Shown here: one piece after another, positions 32,531 to 42,700 of the stretch | Position numbering within the stretch: position 1 is the stretch's first letter | Layout: each line of letters opens with the position of its first letter | Origin: a virus | DNA: 64,000 bases | Virus record (IMG/VR): IMGVR_UViG_3300046660_000403 | Span: 12,832-76,831 of that record | Direction: 5' to 3' (one strand) | Position numbers and translations under genes: made by a program | Notes under the pieces: generated by a model | What the model was told of the DNA's origin: nothing | What the model saw: only the letters and a program-made list of their open reading frames with translations | Database searches by the model: none

Positions 32531-34728
32531 CGCATCACTCCTAAGATTGTCATAGACCAATTGCCAATAGTCCAAGGATCTTCATGCCAATCGTTGCCCG
32601 CCAACAGAGCAAATGTATAGGTGCCGGACCCGACGCTCACCACAGCCGAGGCGACGTGCGAGGTGTGGTGATCGGTGATGTTACTGTCGCTCTGGTCAAG
32701 CACGATCGAGCCGTTCATCGAAATCTGCATTCGACTATTAGAGCCACTACCCTGCTGCAGCGACTGCCAAGTCAACAGGATATCCACCGACGTTGGTTGA
32801 GGATAGGTGACGGTTACGGACGCTCCCGAAACCGGCACACCGACCGCCCCCGGCAAAATATTTGAGGCGCCACCGTATCCGCTCACCGATGCCGGCACCG
32901 TGACGGAGTTTTTTCCGATCTTGAGCGTGTCCACCTCGGCATCCCCGATCATGGCCTTTTTGATCTGCGCAATGCCGATGTTCGCCGTGGTGGCAAACAG
33001 CTCATTGAGAAAAACGCCCGGCGGATGAACGTAACCGTTCGCATCGGTCCAGTAGTCGGTTTGGACGATGAACGGCACCTTGGCGGGAGGGGCACCGGAG
33101 CCTGACGCATCGCCCGGCGCGGCGATCCAGAAACTGTCGGCGCGCACGCCGAACGAATAGGTGGGGCCGTTCGGCGAACTGGATCCCGCGATGCCGAAAC
33201 CGGCTTGACGGAAGCCGGTGGCGGCCCCGCCGGCGTCGAGCTGCACCAGCCACTTGGCCTCCACCTTGCCACTGCGGTCCACCAGCGCATCGGTGGTCTG
33301 CTTGATCGTGGCAGACGAGATCAGATTGCCGTTGCCGTCCTTCATGGCGGCCTGCACCTGCTCGAACTTGCTGGCCGCCGCGCCGGCGGTATTGACCGTG
33401 ACAGATTGGCCACCCTGGATCAGGCCGGCATTGCCGCCAATCGCCGCCCAGACTGTGGATATCGCGCTCACCAGTGCGTTGTCTTGGCTCAGGCGGACGG
33501 TCTTTTCAGTATCGACCAAGCCAGCTGCCGCCGCCGCGCGCGCATCGGAGGCGTCCACCCAGGCGGTGCCGGACCAGCGGCGGGCCTTGTTGTTGTCCGA
33601 ACTGTCATACCAGACATCGCCAGGTAGTGGGCTGGCCTCTTTGGGCGCGACCGCGGGTTTGGCCGGTGCGCCAGTCGTCGCCGGTACATAGGCGCTGCCG
33701 GGAACCGCTGCCACCGGCGACGGCGGCGTGCTGGAAAAGAAGGTCCGATTCTTGGTACCCAGCGCCGCATACACCTGCTGGTCCTGCTGGGCCAGCGCCG
33801 TGAAGTTGGTCAGGTTGATGGCGCGGTCATCGGCGATCATAGCGTCCGAATAGGGCAGTTGCGTGTCCGGATCGATGACGGCTGCGTAGAGCGCATTGAG
33901 CGCACTGGCGACGGCCGAGCGTGCAGTTGCCTCCAAGGAGAGGCGGTTCACGTAGTCCGCGCGCGATGCCGCCAGTCCGGTTTGCGGGTCGTTGACCGCG
34001 GCCTGCAGCAGTTCGGTCATGTCACCTACCGCCTTGCGGAGAGTGGCCTCGATGTTGATCAGCTTCACGTAATCGGCGCGCGAGGCTGCCAGGCCGGTCT
34101 GCGGGTCGTTGAATGCCGCTGTCAGCCCTGCCAGCTTGGATGCGTTGGCCGACTTGGAATCCACGCTGACGTTGTTGATGTCCAAAATGGCGGCGCTGGC
34201 CAGCGGTAGCGCGCCCGATGCGTCGTACAGGGTTTGCTTGATGGCGCGCGTCTGTTTGATGCTGCCGTCGAACAGCGCCGCCACGTCGGTGACGCCGTTG
34301 CCAAGATCGCTATTCTCCTTGTCGAACTCCGCCAGCGCCTTGCTGGCGGCGGCCAGCAGCTTGATTTTGGTTTCCTCCACCTTCCCCAGCGGCGCGTCGA
34401 GTAATGCCAGGCGGCGGCCCAGATCCTTGAACAGCTTGGATTCGAGCACTTGCGCTTGCAGGTTGGCGACGATCTGACCGACGTCATCGCGTCGGATGCC
34501 GGCGTCCGCGCCAGTGGCGCCACCTTGACCAGCAGCGCCGCCGCCTGCCCGGCCGCTCACCAAGCCAGCTTCCCGTGCAGTGATGAACCGTTCATCGCCG
34601 GTACCGGCCTGGCCGTTGCGCACGTGATGGCTATCGACCAGCGCGCGCAACACGTCGCGGGTATTCGGGTCGCTGATGGCATCGAGCGCCGCCAGCGGAA
34701 TGCCTGGAACGGCTTTTTTTACTTCCAT
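32527..34728 (-). CDS. Tail fibre/tip protein (DUF1983-like region)
   Basis: GDVWYDSSDNNK, FGVRADSFWIA, PFIVQ, AQIKKAMIGDAEVDTLKI. Confidence 0.75.
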   Translation of the reverse strand: MEVKKAVPGIPLAALDAISDPNTRDVLRALVDSHHVRNGQAGTGDERFITAREAGLVSGRAGGGAAGQGGATGADAGIRRDDVGQIVANLQAQVLESKLFKDLGRRLALLDAPLGKVEETKIKLLAAASKALAEFDKENSDLGNGVTDVAALFDGSIKQTRAIKQTLYDASGALPLASAAILDINNVSVDSKSANASKLAGLTAAFNDPQTGLAASRADYVKLINIEATLRKAVGDMTELLQAAVNDPQTGLAASRADYVNRLSLEATARSAVASALNALYAAVIDPDTQLPYSDAMIADDRAINLTNFTALAQQDQQVYAALGTKNRTFFSSTPPSPVAAVPGSAYVPATTGAPAKPAVAPKEASPLPGDVWYDSSDNNKARRWSGTAWVDASDARAAAAAGLVDTEKTVRLSQDNALVSAISTVWAAIGGNAGLIQGGQSVTVNTAGAAASKFEQVQAAMKDGNGNLISSATIKQTTDALVDRSGKVEAKWLVQLDAGGAATGFRQAGFGIAGSSSPNGPTYSFGVRADSFWIAAPGDASGSGAPPAKVPFIVQTDYWTDANGYVHPPGVFLNELFATTANIGIAQIKKAMIGDAEVDTLKIGKNSVTVPASVSGYGGASNILPGAVGVPVSGASVTVTYPQPTSVDILLTWQSLQQGSGSNSRMQISMNGSIVLDQSDSNITDHHTSHVASAVVSVGSGTYTFALLAGNDWHEDPWTIGNWSMTILGVMR

Positions 34729-36719
34729 TACATTTTCTCCAATTCTCGCATCGTGGTGGCCAACAGCAGCTTTTTGAAGCGGCCGGTGCCTTCCACGCGG
34801 ATTTGCCAGTCTTCCTCGGTGTCGCCGTCGGGGAGTCGGAACACGCTTTCGCCGGTGATGGCGGGCTCGACCCAGCGCAGCGTGCCCCCGGCGTAGAAGC
34901 GCACTGTCCAGCTGCCACTGCACTTGGCCTTGGCCACGCCGAAGCTCACCGACCTGGCCTGGTTGATCTCACGCGAGGTCCATCCCGCAGTCGCTTCGGC
35001 GCCGCCGGCGAACTGCAGCAGGGCGCTGCCGTTGACCAGATAGCACTGGTCCGACAGTGGCGAGGTGAAGGAGCATGCAGCGACGAGGTCGGGCAGCTCG
35101 GTCATGGCGCCGCCCGCTTCGTCCAGCGACAGCATGAAGGGGACGAATTTGCGCGCCGACGAGTACACGATCAGGCGCCCGTCCCATAGGGCAAAGCGCA
35201 TGGTGTCGAGGCCGGTGGCGTACTTGTCCTTCCATACCTGCCGGGTGAAGTAGCGGCCCGAAAAGTCGGCCACTGGCTGTAGCCCGCTGATGGCGATCAA
35301 ACCGTCGTTGCTGGCGTAGACGACCATGCCGCCGGCCGTGGCCATGGACCACTTGGACACGCCGGCCTGCTCAATGTTGATGTTGGAGGCCGTCATGGTG
35401 TCCGGGGTGATGCCAGCAATGGCGAATGGCTTGCCGGTGGTCGTGACCAGGGCGCCCGAGCCGATCGGGATGGCGCCGACGATGTTGTTATCCCCGAATG
35501 GCTGTTCGTACTGTGGCGGCCAGGACCAGGGGCGGTAGGCGTCGGAAAAGCACAGCTTATTGCCCTTCCAGGCCATCAAGATGCCGTTGGGCAGCGCGAT
35601 CAATCCAACCAGCAGAGGATCTGGCGGGTAGCTGTTGAGCGAGACCAGTGTCTCGTTGAGGGAGTCGGCCGGGGTTTTGTCCTGCAGGATGAAGCTGCCC
35701 GGATTCTGCCCCAGCACCTGCACCGCGCCGGTATAGAAATAGTCGTCGCCGGCCTGGCTATCGGCGGTGCGGTAAATGCGGATCTCCTTGATCGGTGCGT
35801 AGTCCGCCGCGGGGGGATCGAGTTCCACCACCACGTCGGCGTGTAGCGCGCTGTTCAGGGTGAGCGTCGCGGCCGGGCTGGGCGGCCCTTCCTCGCCGTA
35901 GGTGTTCACCAATGTATACGCATAAGTGCGCGCGACCAGCGCCACCTCGCTGGCGGTGGGCGCCAGGTCGATGGTGTAGGCGCCGGCGTTGCCGGTCTTG
36001 GTGCTGGAGAGGGTCCAGCCGGTCTCGCCTTGCAGATAGGAGTTGGCGGTATACACGTCCAGCAGGACGCTGCCGTCCGTGTTCTTGGCCTTCAGGCGCA
36101 CCACGGGCACCGCTTGCGTCGGCGTTTCGTCCGGTTTGGGTTCGGACGATTGGCCGGAATCGGGATCCACCGTCGGCGGGGTGTACTTGATCGCCGGGGG
36201 CGTGTAGGTCCACTGGGCAAGTGGCGTCAGCACGGTCAGCGCGATCGCCTGTTCCTGGTACTTCGTGCCGTTGTACTCGTAGTGGAAGGTGGCCGTGAGC
36301 GTGGCATCGGACAAGGGGCTGAGCGCTGAAATGCTCAGCTTGGGCGCCTTTGTCGGGCGCGGCACGCCCACGCGGTAGCTGGCGGCCGGCGCGCCGCCGC
36401 CGGCGCCCATTCCCGATCGGGTGGTCACGCGGAAGTCCGTGGGCGTGGTGTAGTACAGGCGGTCGTATGGATCCACTGCCTGCGGCGAGCGCACCGCGTT
36501 CACGTCTTCCGGCCACGAATAGAACGTCAGCCCGTTATCCGTGTAGACACTGGCCGCCGTGTTGGCCAGATTCTTGATGAACAGGTCGCTGCGCGTCGGG
36601 CGCAGCTCGCCGTAAGCGAAGTCGCAGTTGGTCGCTTCGGTCGCGTGGGACGGTGGCAGCAGCGCGGCCGGGATGCGCGGAATCAGCCCGTCGAAGCGGT
36701 CGAGTATAAGGCCTGCCAT
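34728..36719 (-). CDS. Tail nozzle/stabilisation protein
   Basis: TYAYTLVNTYGEEGPPS, IRIYRT, FSDAYRPWSWP; beta-rich. Confidence 0.75.
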   Translation of the reverse strand: MAGLILDRFDGLIPRIPAALLPPSHATEATNCDFAYGELRPTRSDLFIKNLANTAASVYTDNGLTFYSWPEDVNAVRSPQAVDPYDRLYYTTPTDFRVTTRSGMGAGGGAPAASYRVGVPRPTKAPKLSISALSPLSDATLTATFHYEYNGTKYQEQAIALTVLTPLAQWTYTPPAIKYTPPTVDPDSGQSSEPKPDETPTQAVPVVRLKAKNTDGSVLLDVYTANSYLQGETGWTLSSTKTGNAGAYTIDLAPTASEVALVARTYAYTLVNTYGEEGPPSPAATLTLNSALHADVVVELDPPAADYAPIKEIRIYRTADSQAGDDYFYTGAVQVLGQNPGSFILQDKTPADSLNETLVSLNSYPPDPLLVGLIALPNGILMAWKGNKLCFSDAYRPWSWPPQYEQPFGDNNIVGAIPIGSGALVTTTGKPFAIAGITPDTMTASNINIEQAGVSKWSMATAGGMVVYASNDGLIAISGLQPVADFSGRYFTRQVWKDKYATGLDTMRFALWDGRLIVYSSARKFVPFMLSLDEAGGAMTELPDLVAACSFTSPLSDQCYLVNGSALLQFAGGAEATAGWTSREINQARSVSFGVAKAKCSGSWTVRFYAGGTLRWVEPAITGESVFRLPDGDTEEDWQIRVEGTGRFKKLLLATTMRELEKM

Positions 36720-37252
36720 TATTCGTTCCCGTTGATGATGCCTTGCAGGCGTTGATAGTTCTCCCTCAAGCCGAGGGCTTTTTCGCGCCAGGCTCGGCAA
36801 CTGATGGCGTTGTGGGCGTCGGCCGAGGCGACGTCAGCGAGCGAAACGGCGGCGGGTTCTCGGTCAGTGTCGGCGGGAGGTCCGGTAGGCGAACCTTCCC
36901 AGGCGGCGTCGTACAGGCGCACGAAGCCAGCATTAACGCCAAACACAAGGGTGTCAGCAGGCGTAACCAGTACCGGGATTTGTTTTTCAATTTCAGCTCC
37001 TTGAACATAGACCGTCTGAACGCGGTCGCGGTATTTTGTCTCTGTTTGGACAACAACTTGGATTTCTTTCTGGGCCAGCGCGGTACCCGCGGCCGCCTGG
37101 GCTACGAGGTAATCCGTGTGCACCTGCCCGGCGATGCGCTCGCCGCGCAGCTGACCAAACAGGAACAGGCAGGCGCCAGCGGCAGCGAGCACGAGGCAGC
37201 GCGCCCACAGCGGCAGCACCGCCGAGAGCAGCATGACGAACCGCGCTTTCAT
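36719..37252 (-). CDS. i-spanin (Rz-like)
   Basis: N-terminal TM, follows the endolysin, GFVRLYDAA. Confidence 0.8.
   Translation of the reverse strand: MKARFVMLLSAVLPLWARCLVLAAAGACLFLFGQLRGERIAGQVHTDYLVAQAAAGTALAQKEIQVVVQTETKYRDRVQTVYVQGAEIEKQIPVLVTPADTLVFGVNAGFVRLYDAAWEGSPTGPPADTDREPAAVSLADVASADAHNAISCRAWREKALGLRENYQRLQGIINGNE
36766..37008 (-). CDS. o-spanin (Rz1-like), embedded lipoprotein
   Basis: LCLALMLASC lipobox, Pro-rich, +1 frame within the i-spanin. Confidence 0.75.
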   Translation of the reverse strand: MFKELKLKNKSRYWLRLLTPLCLALMLASCACTTPPGKVRLPDLPPTLTENPPPFRSLTSPRPTPTTPSVAEPGAKKPSA

Positions 37253-37779
37253 GCCAGCACCCGGATGGCGACATTGAACAGCGCCAGGCGGGCGGCCAGC
37301 CCGTTGATGCCGCCGTTGACGCCTCGCGTAACCGCCACTTGATCCCCGCTGTCGGCCAGTTGGTTCAGCCCGTGCGTCGACCAGAACCAGCCGGCGCTGC
37401 GGCACGCGCCTTCCGGCGTCGTCAGCCACGCCACAATGCCATCCAGCGGCAGGCCGAAGTAGGCGGCGCATGCGCGGTGATTGGCCGCTCCCGTCACCTG
37501 CAGCAGGCCGTGGCCTTTCCAGCGCTGGCCGTCGCCATCGGCTTCCGGCGTATTGCCCAGGCGCGCAGCGAGCTGCCCGGTGTCGTATGCCTGGCCGCTG
37601 GCCAGCTCCACGGTGTACGCCAGTGATCCTGATTCATGCCCCACCTGGGCGATGAACGCGGCTTGCCGCACTGGCGTGTTGATGTTGAATTCCGCCATGG
37701 TGGCGTTGAGCCATGGCAGGTACTTGGCCGCATGCGGCCGCGAGTATGGCAGCATGCGGATCAGTTGGTCGAGCGTCAT
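37249..37779 (-). CDS. Endolysin, glycoside hydrolase family 19
   Basis: AAFIAQVGHESG, KGHGLLQVTG, SAGWFW, VNGGINGL. Confidence 0.92.
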   Translation of the reverse strand: MTLDQLIRMLPYSRPHAAKYLPWLNATMAEFNINTPVRQAAFIAQVGHESGSLAYTVELASGQAYDTGQLAARLGNTPEADGDGQRWKGHGLLQVTGAANHRACAAYFGLPLDGIVAWLTTPEGACRSAGWFWSTHGLNQLADSGDQVAVTRGVNGGINGLAARLALFNVAIRVLA

Positions 37780-38204
37780 GCCTGTCCCTTCACTTGCTTG
37801 GCCAGTTCGCGGAAGTCGGCGGCCAACTCGCCGATATCCTTGTTCTTGCGCTTATCCAGCCAGCGTACGATGGCGCCCACTACCCACCATGCCGGCAGGC
37901 CCGCGGCCACCATCAGCGGGGCCGCGACGAACAGGAAGGCCTGCGCGGGGTCGGTGCCGTACATCAGCGCGGTTTCGCGGGCGCCGGTGAACAGACTAGG
38001 CCAGGCCGAGTGCATCACGCTTACCAGCGCCGGGCCGCAGATCGCGGACGACAGGATCGTGGAGCCGATGCGCACGGCCGCTTCCTTGGGGCTGTTCGGC
38101 CACAGGAACATGAAACCCAAGGCGGTGGCGGCGCTGCCGGTGATGACCGGCACGCCGAACAGTTTGATGAGGGCGCCGGTAGCGGCGGTGGTTCCTGCTT
38201 CCAT
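37776..38204 (-). CDS. Putative holin
   Basis: About 3 TM segments, basic C-terminus, directly upstream of the endolysin. Confidence 0.8.
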   Translation of the reverse strand: MEAGTTAATGALIKLFGVPVITGSAATALGFMFLWPNSPKEAAVRIGSTILSSAICGPALVSVMHSAWPSLFTGARETALMYGTDPAQAFLFVAAPLMVAAGLPAWWVVGAIVRWLDKRKNKDIGELAADFRELAKQVKGQA

Positions 38205-38213
38205 GAATGCTCC

Positions 38214-38239
38214 AAAAAGAAAAACCCGCCGAAGCGGGT
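38214..38239 (-). terminator. Intrinsic terminator upstream of the lysis cassette
   Basis: ACCCGC-TTCG-GCGGGT-TTTTCTTTT. Confidence 0.8.
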
Positions 38240-38249
38240 CAAGGGGGGA

Positions 38250-38555
38250 TTAGGTGCCAGCCGCTCTGCGGCAGTGGTCTTTGTCGATGTGGTCCAGTAG
38301 TCGGCATAGCCGGCAGCCCCAGCGCTTTCCTTTTAATCGGGCGCGATTGGCGCGGCTGCTGATGGTTTCGTCTTCGCTGCCGCCGGTTGCGGCATTGGCG
38401 AGCTGGTCATAGGATATTGCCTGGCGCCAGGCGCGATCATGGTTGAAGATGATCGCACGCAGCATCAGGGCGGAAGAAAGCGCCGATGCCGCGACACAGA
38501 CGGGCCACAACAAAAGCAAAACGGCAAAACGTTTGAGCCAAGTAAATGCGATCAA
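38250..38555 (-). CDS. Conserved phage membrane protein (DQL.N..GG..DETISSR family)
   Basis: AAGGAG RBS + TTG start; motif. Confidence 0.75.
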   Translation of the reverse strand: MIAFTWLKRFAVLLLLWPVCVAASALSSALMLRAIIFNHDRAWRQAISYDQLANAATGGSEDETISSRANRARLKGKRWGCRLCRLLDHIDKDHCRRAAGT

Positions 38556-38565
38556 GCCATACTCC

Positions 38566-39048
38566 TTACATGCTGCTGCTCCAACTGAGTACAGCGGAAA
38601 TGTTATATACCGTAACGGTGTGCCCCCCGGTGTCGGACACGGTGCATTGGAGAATGCAAGTGCCACTACCGCCGGAGTTTCTGCCCACGTTCTTTTGCAC
38701 CGTGCAAGACTGTGAGGTCGTGTTGCTCACGGTTGCTGACATATTGTTGGAATTGACAGCCCACGAGTAGGTGTACGACCCGGTGCCGCCAACTGGTGTT
38801 ACCGAAGGGAAGCAGGTGACGTAGCCGCCACTACCAGACGTATCCATGTCAGCCGATGCGTTGTTGCCCCACGCTGAGAACGAACTTTTGCCGTAGAAAT
38901 CGGAAACCGCAATGTAATTCCCTGAGCCAGGGCGGCCGGCAAGGGTACGCATTGTGGCATGGTCGAGCCAGATATTTTGCCCGCCTGAGAAGCCAGCCTC
39001 CACCTCGATATCCCACATGCCAATCGCGCCGGATGATGGCAGGCTCAC
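38566..39048 (-). CDS. Adhesin-like receptor-binding tip protein
   Basis: N-terminal LPSSGAI..RTLAG..SDFYGKS attachment-type motif + Ig-like C-terminus. Confidence 0.65.
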   Translation of the reverse strand: MSLPSSGAIGMWDIEVEAGFSGGQNIWLDHATMRTLAGRPGSGNYIAVSDFYGKSSFSAWGNNASADMDTSGSGGYVTCFPSVTPVGGTGSYTYSWAVNSNNMSATVSNTTSQSCTVQKNVGRNSGGSGTCILQCTVSDTGGHTVTVYNISAVLSWSSSM

Positions 39049-39704
39049 GGCAGACTCCTTGCAATCACTGCTACGTCAGCCATGACCGTGCCGAACTCAC
39101 TTTGCGCGTCTTCTGCGGTGGCGGCGTTATACACCTTGTATTTGTACATGCGCTGGATGCCAAGGCTCTTGATGGCGTCCCGCAGCGCATTGGCTTGCGA
39201 CAGCACCAGCTCCGCGCATGTTGGGTAGGATATGCCCGTAGTGTCTGCGAACGCAGTCAGCCACGGCGTCGGATCGGACGTGTAGTCGGACGCCTTGTAC
39301 TCCAGCGCGGCTTTCTCACGCTCCTCGTATTCCATTTGGAAGCGCGTGTATAGGCTGTAGACCCGCGCAATGTTGGCGTCGATCTGCGCCATGAGCGTCG
39401 CCTTTACCTGATCCAGCGACGGTGGCGGCGGCGGTGACGGCGCGACATACACTGGAGTCTGCTGGGCTAACTTGGCTAAAAGCATACTGTCCATCTGCTC
39501 AATGACACCCTGATCCTTTGCGATGTTGAGGCACATGGCTTGCAGCGCATCATCCGAAGGGATTGGGACGCCGCCGCCGTCGCCTTGAACATGACGGCTT
39601 GCGGTATTGCCCTTGAAGTCCGTTGCGGTGAGGTCAAAATCCACTTTGACCATGACGCCATCTTCCACTTCGGGCGCTACATTGGTGATTTCGTATGTGT
39701 TCAT
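39045..39704 (-). CDS. Tail fibre assembly-type protein
   Basis: Position; EYEEREKAALEY motif. Confidence 0.6.
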   Translation of the reverse strand: MNTYEITNVAPEVEDGVMVKVDFDLTATDFKGNTASRHVQGDGGGVPIPSDDALQAMCLNIAKDQGVIEQMDSMLLAKLAQQTPVYVAPSPPPPPSLDQVKATLMAQIDANIARVYSLYTRFQMEYEEREKAALEYKASDYTSDPTPWLTAFADTTGISYPTCAELVLSQANALRDAIKSLGIQRMYKYKVYNAATAEDAQSEFGTVMADVAVIARSLP

Positions 39705-42700
39705 TACAGCCCCACCTTTTCCATCAAAATATCAATGAGCTTCGCTTGCTTGTTCACTTGGGCGCGCAGCAGCAGCACCTCCTGCGAGAGCTGAATCGTC
39801 GCCACAACCGCCGCCGCGCCGTAGTTGACCGCGAGGTAGCCATCGGCTTGCTGCGACACGGCAAACGGCAGCACTTTTTGCGCGCCCTGAGCGGAAACGC
39901 CAACTTGAGTTTGCCCGCCGTCGATGCGGTCATACACGCCATGCTTTACCTGCGCCCACTCTGCGATGAACGTGGGTTGCAGGCTGCGCCAGTTGGTTTT
40001 CAGCCGCTCGTCAGAGTAGGCGACGACGTTGCCAGCGGCCGTGAGGTTTCCTGACATATCGAGCTGGAGCCTGTTGGCGGCAGCGGAATAACCGCCGATA
40101 CGGAACACGTTGTCAGGGTCAAGCCCGATATTGACGGCGTATTGACCTGAGCGAACGAAGGTCATGCCAGCAGCCCCTCCATCATTGGCTAGTGCTTGAA
40201 GGCAGTAATCATTCTGCGATCCGGTGTACGTGTTATTGCCCTTGTTCATGCGGAACTGTTGAAAGCCATCCCAAAGCTGGTTGTTACCCAGCAAGGCAAT
40301 TGTTCCCCATCCAGTCCATGAGTTCCCGCCATTTACATCGAAGTTACCAAAGCGGATTTTCAGGTTGGCGCCGCCATTGGTAGGCGAGTACGGCACGTAC
40401 ATCTGGAGGGAGCCGCCGCCGCCGCTATACGTTTTCATCGTCATGACCGAGCCATAGGCCGGGTAGCCATCTGCCCCTTGGACAAAGCTCGACTGAATAC
40501 CGAGCGGGTAGGAGGCGGGCAACGTCGCAGCGTTCCAGGCATAGTTAGCCAGCGCCGAAGCCAGCGGCGCAGACCCCGACACGCCAGTCACATTGATAGG
40601 CCAGAAATCGCCGAAGTTGGTCCCATCAATCTGCACACCTATAGTGGAAGATTTCCATCCGATGTACACCTTGTTGGTGCCTTGTCCGGTTCCCCCACCT
40701 TGCTGAACAGGTGTATAGCCGAGTGAGGCTTGTTTCGTCGCTAGGCCAGCATCAACGTAGGCCGTGCTGGCGGCAGATGTGGTGTTGTTGCCTTGGGCCT
40801 TGGTCGCCACCGTCACATTGCCAGCAGCAGTAAGGTCAAGCGCTGCGGCTAAGACAGACAAAGTACCCTGACCTGGAGTACCTGATCCACCAGAGGCACC
40901 TATACGAACGTCATAATCGCTACCTGCTGTGGATGAGTGAAAGTCAATGAAAGGAGAACCAGAAACACCCTGGGTTCCTAATTCAAGCGCTCCACCATTC
41001 ATATTAACAATGCCCGTGAATGTAGGGCTGGCGGTGGGAGCCTTCAACGCGATAGCTGTCTGTTGCGGCGTGCTGACGGGCTTGTTCACGTCACTGGTGT
41101 TATCGACGTTGCCCAGCCCGACATCGGCCTTTGCGCCTGACGTGGCGACGGCGGCAAGGCCAAGATTCGTCGCGGCGTTGGCCTTCTGGCCTGCGGTCAA
41201 GCCCTGCGTTGCCACGTCCACGCGCAGCCGATTGCCCAGCGAGGTCGCGGTGGTCGTTGCAAAATTCGCGTCGTTGCCCAGCGCGGCGGCAAACTCGTTC
41301 AGCGTGTCCAGCGCTGCCGGGGCTGAGCCAAGAATGTCTGCTTTACCCTGCGCGACCGCAGCCGTCACAAATGCCGTGTTTGCGGCCAGCGACGTATTGT
41401 TGCCAGCGGCGACGTTCGGCACGTTGACCGTACCGGTGAAGGTAGGACCGGCCAAATCAGCTTTCAGCCCAATGGCAGTGGCCTGCGGGCCGCTCACTGG
41501 TTTGTTTGCATCGCTGACGTTGTCCACGTTGCCCAGGCCTACGTCGCCTTTACTTAGCGCGATGTTTGCCGTGCCGTCAAAAGCGATGCCGTTGATGGTG
41601 CGCGCAGTTGCGAGTTTGGTGGCCGTGGATGCATTGCCAGTCACGTTGCCGGCAGCGTCGATATTGAGTGCGATGATTTTGGCAAGAACGCCACTGGCGG
41701 GAATGCCATTGCCGACCAACACCTGCGTGATCGCGCCGGCCGCGCCCCGGTAGTTCATGTACAACTGACCGCCCGTAAATCCATTCGCCAGCGTCATCTC
41801 GTTCGTGTTGTCGACGTTTTTGTAGCCCGTCAGATTGCCCGCGAAGTTCGACGCGGTGGCAGTGCCGGTGAAAGTCGGGCTGGATTTATCAGCTTTCAGC
41901 GACGCGATCGCGTCGGCGTAGGCGGTCGTAGCCAGCTGAGTGCTATTGGTTCCCGGTGCGGCAGTTGCCGAGGTGACCGCACCAGCATGGTTGATCACCA
42001 ACGCACCATTACCCAACGTGACGTTGCCATTTGCCGGATTGACATACATCGGGCGCAGCGTGTTGTACGTACCGTCGGCGTCGTTGTTATTGGTCAGCAT
42101 CAGGTACAGATTCACGCCATCGTTACGCCAGAAGGAGGCGTAACCGCTTGCATCTGCGGCAGGCTTCATCCGGTAGCCGTTAAAGCTCGTGGATACGAAG
42201 CCCGGTGCCGTCGCGGTGCCGGTGAAGGTCGGACTGGCTTTATCAGCTTTCAACGCAATCGCGGTAGCTTGCGGAGCGCTGACGGGTTTGTTCGCATCCG
42301 GCGTGTTGTCAACGTTGCCCAGGCCAACGTCCGACTTGGCGCCGGAGGTGGCCACAGCCGCCAGTGCCGGCTTGTTTTTGATGTAACCCTTGTTGGCCGT
42401 GTCGGTGACGGTCCAGTCGGCTTGAACCTGCTGCTGGGTAGCTTGTTGCGCGCTCGTGGCGGCCGCATCGGCGGAACTTTGGGCGGCGGTGGCGGAGGAC
42501 GCGGCAGCGTTCTTGCTTGCCAGGGCATTCGCTTCACTGGTAGATGCTGCCGTCGCCTTGGTCGTCGCCGTCGTGGCACTGGCTGCCGCGTTGGTTTCGG
42601 AAGTGACAGCATTGTTTCTGCTGGTCAGGGCCGCCGCGGCGCTGGCAGTCGCGCTGGTTTCCGATGTGGCCGCGTTCGTGGCTTTTGTCGTTGCGGTAGC

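Noticed and set aside
36766-37008. Nested gene in the lysis cassette as a novelty
   Set aside because: Standard embedded Rz/Rz1 spanin arrangement.
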